Assembly (NCBI GenBank): GCA_037447605.1
Contig: CM074806.1
Location: forward strand, 124,001-188,000
DNA length: 64,000 nucleotides
From: Zygnema circumcarinatum SAG 698-1b
Taxonomy: Eukaryota; Plantae; Zygnematophyceae
Reading direction: 5' to 3'
A model generated the notes under the pieces. That model was not told the origin of the DNA. It was given only the letters and a program-made list of their open reading frames with translations, and did no database searches. Numbering within the stretch: position 1 is the first letter of the stretch; each line of letters begins with the position of its first letter. Below, one piece after another: positions 60,748 to 64,000 of this stretch. The position numbers were made by a program, and so were the translations under genes.

Positions 60748-61668
60748 TTACACTTGTTTCCGTACATCCTCCAGAAAAACTTCCCCGTTGAAATTCTTCA
60801 CCGCCTTCACTGCCAATTCCACCTTCAGTAACTCCGCCTTCAGCTCTGTTAGGGATTGCTCAGTTTTGTGGGCAGCGCGACGAACGAATAGTTCACGCAG
60901 CAGGTTCTCAAGATCATTCCGTTCACTTTCTGCAAGTGAGAGGTCTGCTTGCAATCGTCCAATCTCCACCCACAAACTCATCTTCTCCTGCTGACACTCA
61001 TTCAGCTTGTCTTGCATATTCTTTACCTCAACGTGGACGCCTGAACCGAAAAATGCTGTTTGGAGATTGTTCTGGTTGTCAATGCTCCTTTCTACCACTG
61101 CTATGAGTTTCTCTTGAAGCTGGTTGACCTGATTTGTCAGTTGACGTATTTCGTTTCGGCTCTCCTGCAGCTCGCCCAGCGTTGTCTCGTGTTCAGTTTG
61201 CAGATCAAGGTACTGCTGCAGGGCCTTCTGCTTTGCTTCCTGTAACTCTGTCAATTCCGTCATGAGAACTTGTTGTAGTTTAACATTTTCATCCTTCAGG
61301 GCATTCTTTTCTTGCTTAGCAGCCATCAGTCCTCCCTGCAACTGCACAAGCTCCACGTACTTGGCCGACATTTCCATCTCTCCGGAATCTACAGTTTCCC
61401 TTAACTTCAAGTTCTCGACTTTGAGTTCTCCCAATTCCTCTTCCACTTCCTGTAGGTCACTCACAATTTGCTCTACCTCATCAATGACGCCACTCTCAAC
61501 CAGTTTCTGGTTAACTTCCGGTGCATGCAGCCGCCATGCCAGAGGGGACCTGGCCAAGGGAGAATGCCTTGTGCTGCTTCTCGACGAGCTTCCATCATCA
61601 AAAGTCCTGCTAGGGAGAACCAACGGCTTCAAATCTGGTAGTTCCATTGGTCGCGGAAGGTTGCTCAT
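60748..61668 (-). CDS. Uncharacterised coiled-coil protein, 306 aa ORF
   Basis: The ATG at 61668 is immediately preceded by an in-frame TGA. A strong acceptor (T-run + CAG) about 45 bp upstream suggests a 5'-UTR intron. The protein is E/Q/K/L-rich with heptad periodicity over about 240 aa. No family was recognised, and a short extra 3' exon cannot be excluded. Confidence 0.7.
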   Translation of the reverse strand: MSNLPRPMELPDLKPLVLPSRTFDDGSSSRSSTRHSPLARSPLAWRLHAPEVNQKLVESGVIDEVEQIVSDLQEVEEELGELKVENLKLRETVDSGEMEMSAKYVELVQLQGGLMAAKQEKNALKDENVKLQQVLMTELTELQEAKQKALQQYLDLQTEHETTLGELQESRNEIRQLTNQVNQLQEKLIAVVERSIDNQNNLQTAFFGSGVHVEVKNMQDKLNECQQEKMSLWVEIGRLQADLSLAESERNDLENLLRELFVRRAAHKTEQSLTELKAELLKVELAVKAVKNFNGEVFLEDVRKQV

Positions 61669-63854
61669 TCAGCACTTACTCCGTCGGTATGTCAATGATC
61701 GACAATTTTTCCTGAAAAAAAAAGCGAGCAGTTAGGTGCAAAGAACTTGGAATAATATCCAGCCAAAAGTTCGTCATGCATCAAGAGGCATCCTGGCTAT
61801 GAAATTCCCTGAGACACTGACTTCTTTGCTGTTCGTGTAAGTGCTCTCCAGAAAATTAAGTCTGCTTCAGATCCATGCATTGATTCACTGCACAACGCGC
61901 CGAGTTCCTCAAAGATCCTTCCAATACATACCTTATGCTTATAGCTGGAGCTTCTGAAAGTAGTGTTTTTGTAAACAGAAATTGGATAGTTGTTGCAAGC
62001 AAACATTCCTGCACAAAAAAGTGAATGTCTGTGAGCGCGTATGGTACAGGCCGGAATAAGGCAGATAGGAACTGGAGAAAGGAGGGAAAGGAAAGATGGT
62101 CGACACCGTCGCACACACAATATTCAGGAAATAATCTTTAAGCAACAAATTCCACGTTTTTTTAACAAGAGTAGAATCCCAAACTGATCAAAAAACACGC
62201 ATCCGACAGAGATGGATTTCCTTTGAAATGAATGGTTTCAAGCAATCATGCTGCATGCAACTCATAAGAGCAAGGAGCAACACGATAATATTCTTGTTAT
62301 TAGTAAAGTACCACATCCTGTATCCTTTCACAAACAAGAAACAGATTTGCAGTTTGGACCCAGTCAAATTTCCAGTTATCAAGCAATTTGACCCGGTAAC
62401 CCCTACCTGCACAAGAAACAGACACGTGCCTGCTCAGCGAGAGATGAATCTTCCAATAATACGCATCATCTTCATGCTTCCTTCCTTCCTTCCGTCGCCT
62501 ACCTCTCTATTAGCAGCAGGACTCCCAAGCAGCAACTTCAGCCAAGCCCTGCGGACTGTCTCCATTGAGGGAGCTTGCGACGGCAATGGCCAATAAAAGC
62601 TTGCCAGCTAAACATTCTTGTCCGACGTGGCGAGCTCTGATTGATCATACTTCACAAAAGCACTGTTTCCCTCGATGGATTGAGTCCAGAAGCCGTCAAC
62701 GACACCCTTAAATTGTTTTTATTCTGACCGAAATGTTTATTGCCTGCCCGAACCGTTTTCAAAGAAGGAATCTTCACCTGCCCGTGCAAGATAAATTTTC
62801 TCATGTCTGGTCCCCCTGAAGCGGTGGCCGACGGATCTCCCATTTCTCCGGGGCCTCGCGCTCTCTGAACTCGCCACGTGGCAGGAAGATAAGCCGAGTG
62901 CGACGTGGCGCCCTTCACGTTTCCAGGCTGTAACAGCCGATGGAAGCGCGACACGTGTTCCATCAAACACGATTCCTATGTAGGAATCCGCGTTGTTTGT
63001 CTTTTGTGAGATGTTCCATGTTCTAGATTCCGTAGTTGGTAACACGGTTGGAGAATTTCACATCGATATATTCCGATACAAAAAACATCGATATTGGCAA
63101 ACACGATATGAACATCGGTACGGTATTTCTAATGCAGATATCGTGTAGATATATCGCTGAAACTGGAAAGCTTGAACCACTTTCAGGCCGAAGTGCCACA
63201 GTGCTTTTACAACCTTCTGTATTCAGAGTTTCAGCAAGGTCAACCTACAAAAGACCAGCTTTCTATAAAAGAAATTAATAAATAAAGAACTGTGAATCAC
63301 GGAGGGCCCTTCCCTATATACCTGCACCCCTTCCTTTCCCTGCACATTGCACTTGCTATTATGGTGCTAAATGCTTCACAGACCTTTATTCACACAACCC
63401 TCTTTCACTATTCTGATTCTGACTCTTCGGGGCCATAAACTTACTGAGCAGAAACAGCAGCCCACAGGTGGATTGGACTGCCCTAAAGTTTGCAGCAACC
63501 CTTATTTAGATTCTCCTGAAGCTTATGACTTCTCCTCCCCATCACTACACGAATCCCATGCCTTACTGCTCAAACCCAAACCTGCAACAAACAGGTGACT
63601 ATCCATTGGTACTCTAACAGGGTATTTCAGTAGTGAGCTAAAATCTCGAGACCCTAACGTGGCAGAAACCCTTGCCATTCTAATCTTTACAATAGTTACG
63701 AATCCTCGAGACTTCAATGTTCACAAATCATCATCAAAGAGAGGAGCCGCACACTTCCGATCTTCTGTCAGAGATATCTCGCATCTCCATCCGTCATACA
63801 ACATTTTTGCAGAAATTGTCGCCCAGTTGAAAGTGAATGCGACAGCCAGAAACA

Positions 63855-63987
63855 TTACGCAAGAAACTCCTTGAAGGTGTACGACTTCATCTTCAAGTCT
63901 TCAGGGATTTTTCTTTCGCTGAAGCAGTAACAGCAGAGGTCGAACTTTCCCTGCACTTCTCGGTATCGCGGTCCCACAATTGTGTAG
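63855..63987 (-). CDS. Last exon of a plant EF-hand/TPR protein with a C-terminal ZZ-type zinc-finger region (At1g05150/At2g32450-like by recollection)
   Basis: Acceptor TGTGCAG at 63988 is followed by YTIVGPRYREVQGKFDLCCYCFSERKIPEDLKMKSYTFKEFLA*. This parallels the family C-terminus YPIIGSRFKEV...FSLC..CY.E.K.P...K..EY.F.EY. The rest of the gene is beyond the window. Confidence 0.65.
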
Positions 63988-64000
63988 CTGCACACAGCAC

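Overview
This is gene-dense, intron-rich eukaryotic nuclear DNA from the green-plant (streptophyte) lineage. The gene set and style fit a compact charophyte/Zygnematophyceae-like or bryophyte genome, but the species cannot be determined from this window. I spliced 15 protein-coding loci by hand using GT-AG boundaries and reading-phase continuity. In order they are: the 3' part of an Eyes-absent phosphatase (+); a STIG1-type secreted Cys-rich protein with a (GxGHHPP)n repeat (-); an NDR/AGC kinase (-); MED17 (+); TRM5 (-) head-to-head with an HDHD5/CECR5 HAD hydrolase (+); COX5C (+); a bacterial-style FAD-dependent aromatic monooxygenase (-); an unrecognised multi-PH-domain protein (+); a NodH-like sulfotransferase (+); RPL21 (+); cysteinyl-tRNA synthetase (+); a WDR26-like gene cut by a 100-N gap (+); an orphan coiled-coil ORF (-); and the last exon of a TPR/EF-hand/ZZ-finger protein (-). 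Non-coding structure includes a non-autonomous hAT element with a perfect 21-bp TIR and 8-bp TSD, an adjacent MITE-like element built from AACCATTG motifs, intronic telomere-like repeats ((CCCTAA)7 and a 54-bp higher-order repeat), a ~40-bp array of dyad-containing units, a 19-bp TGACGTGG array, GTAC clusters upstream of most genes, and many (CT/GA)n microsatellites, one about 2 kb long. Most ORFs in the supplied track are microsatellite or antisense artefacts. Family assignments come from recalled motif knowledge, not database searches. No tRNA, rRNA or CRISPR was found.
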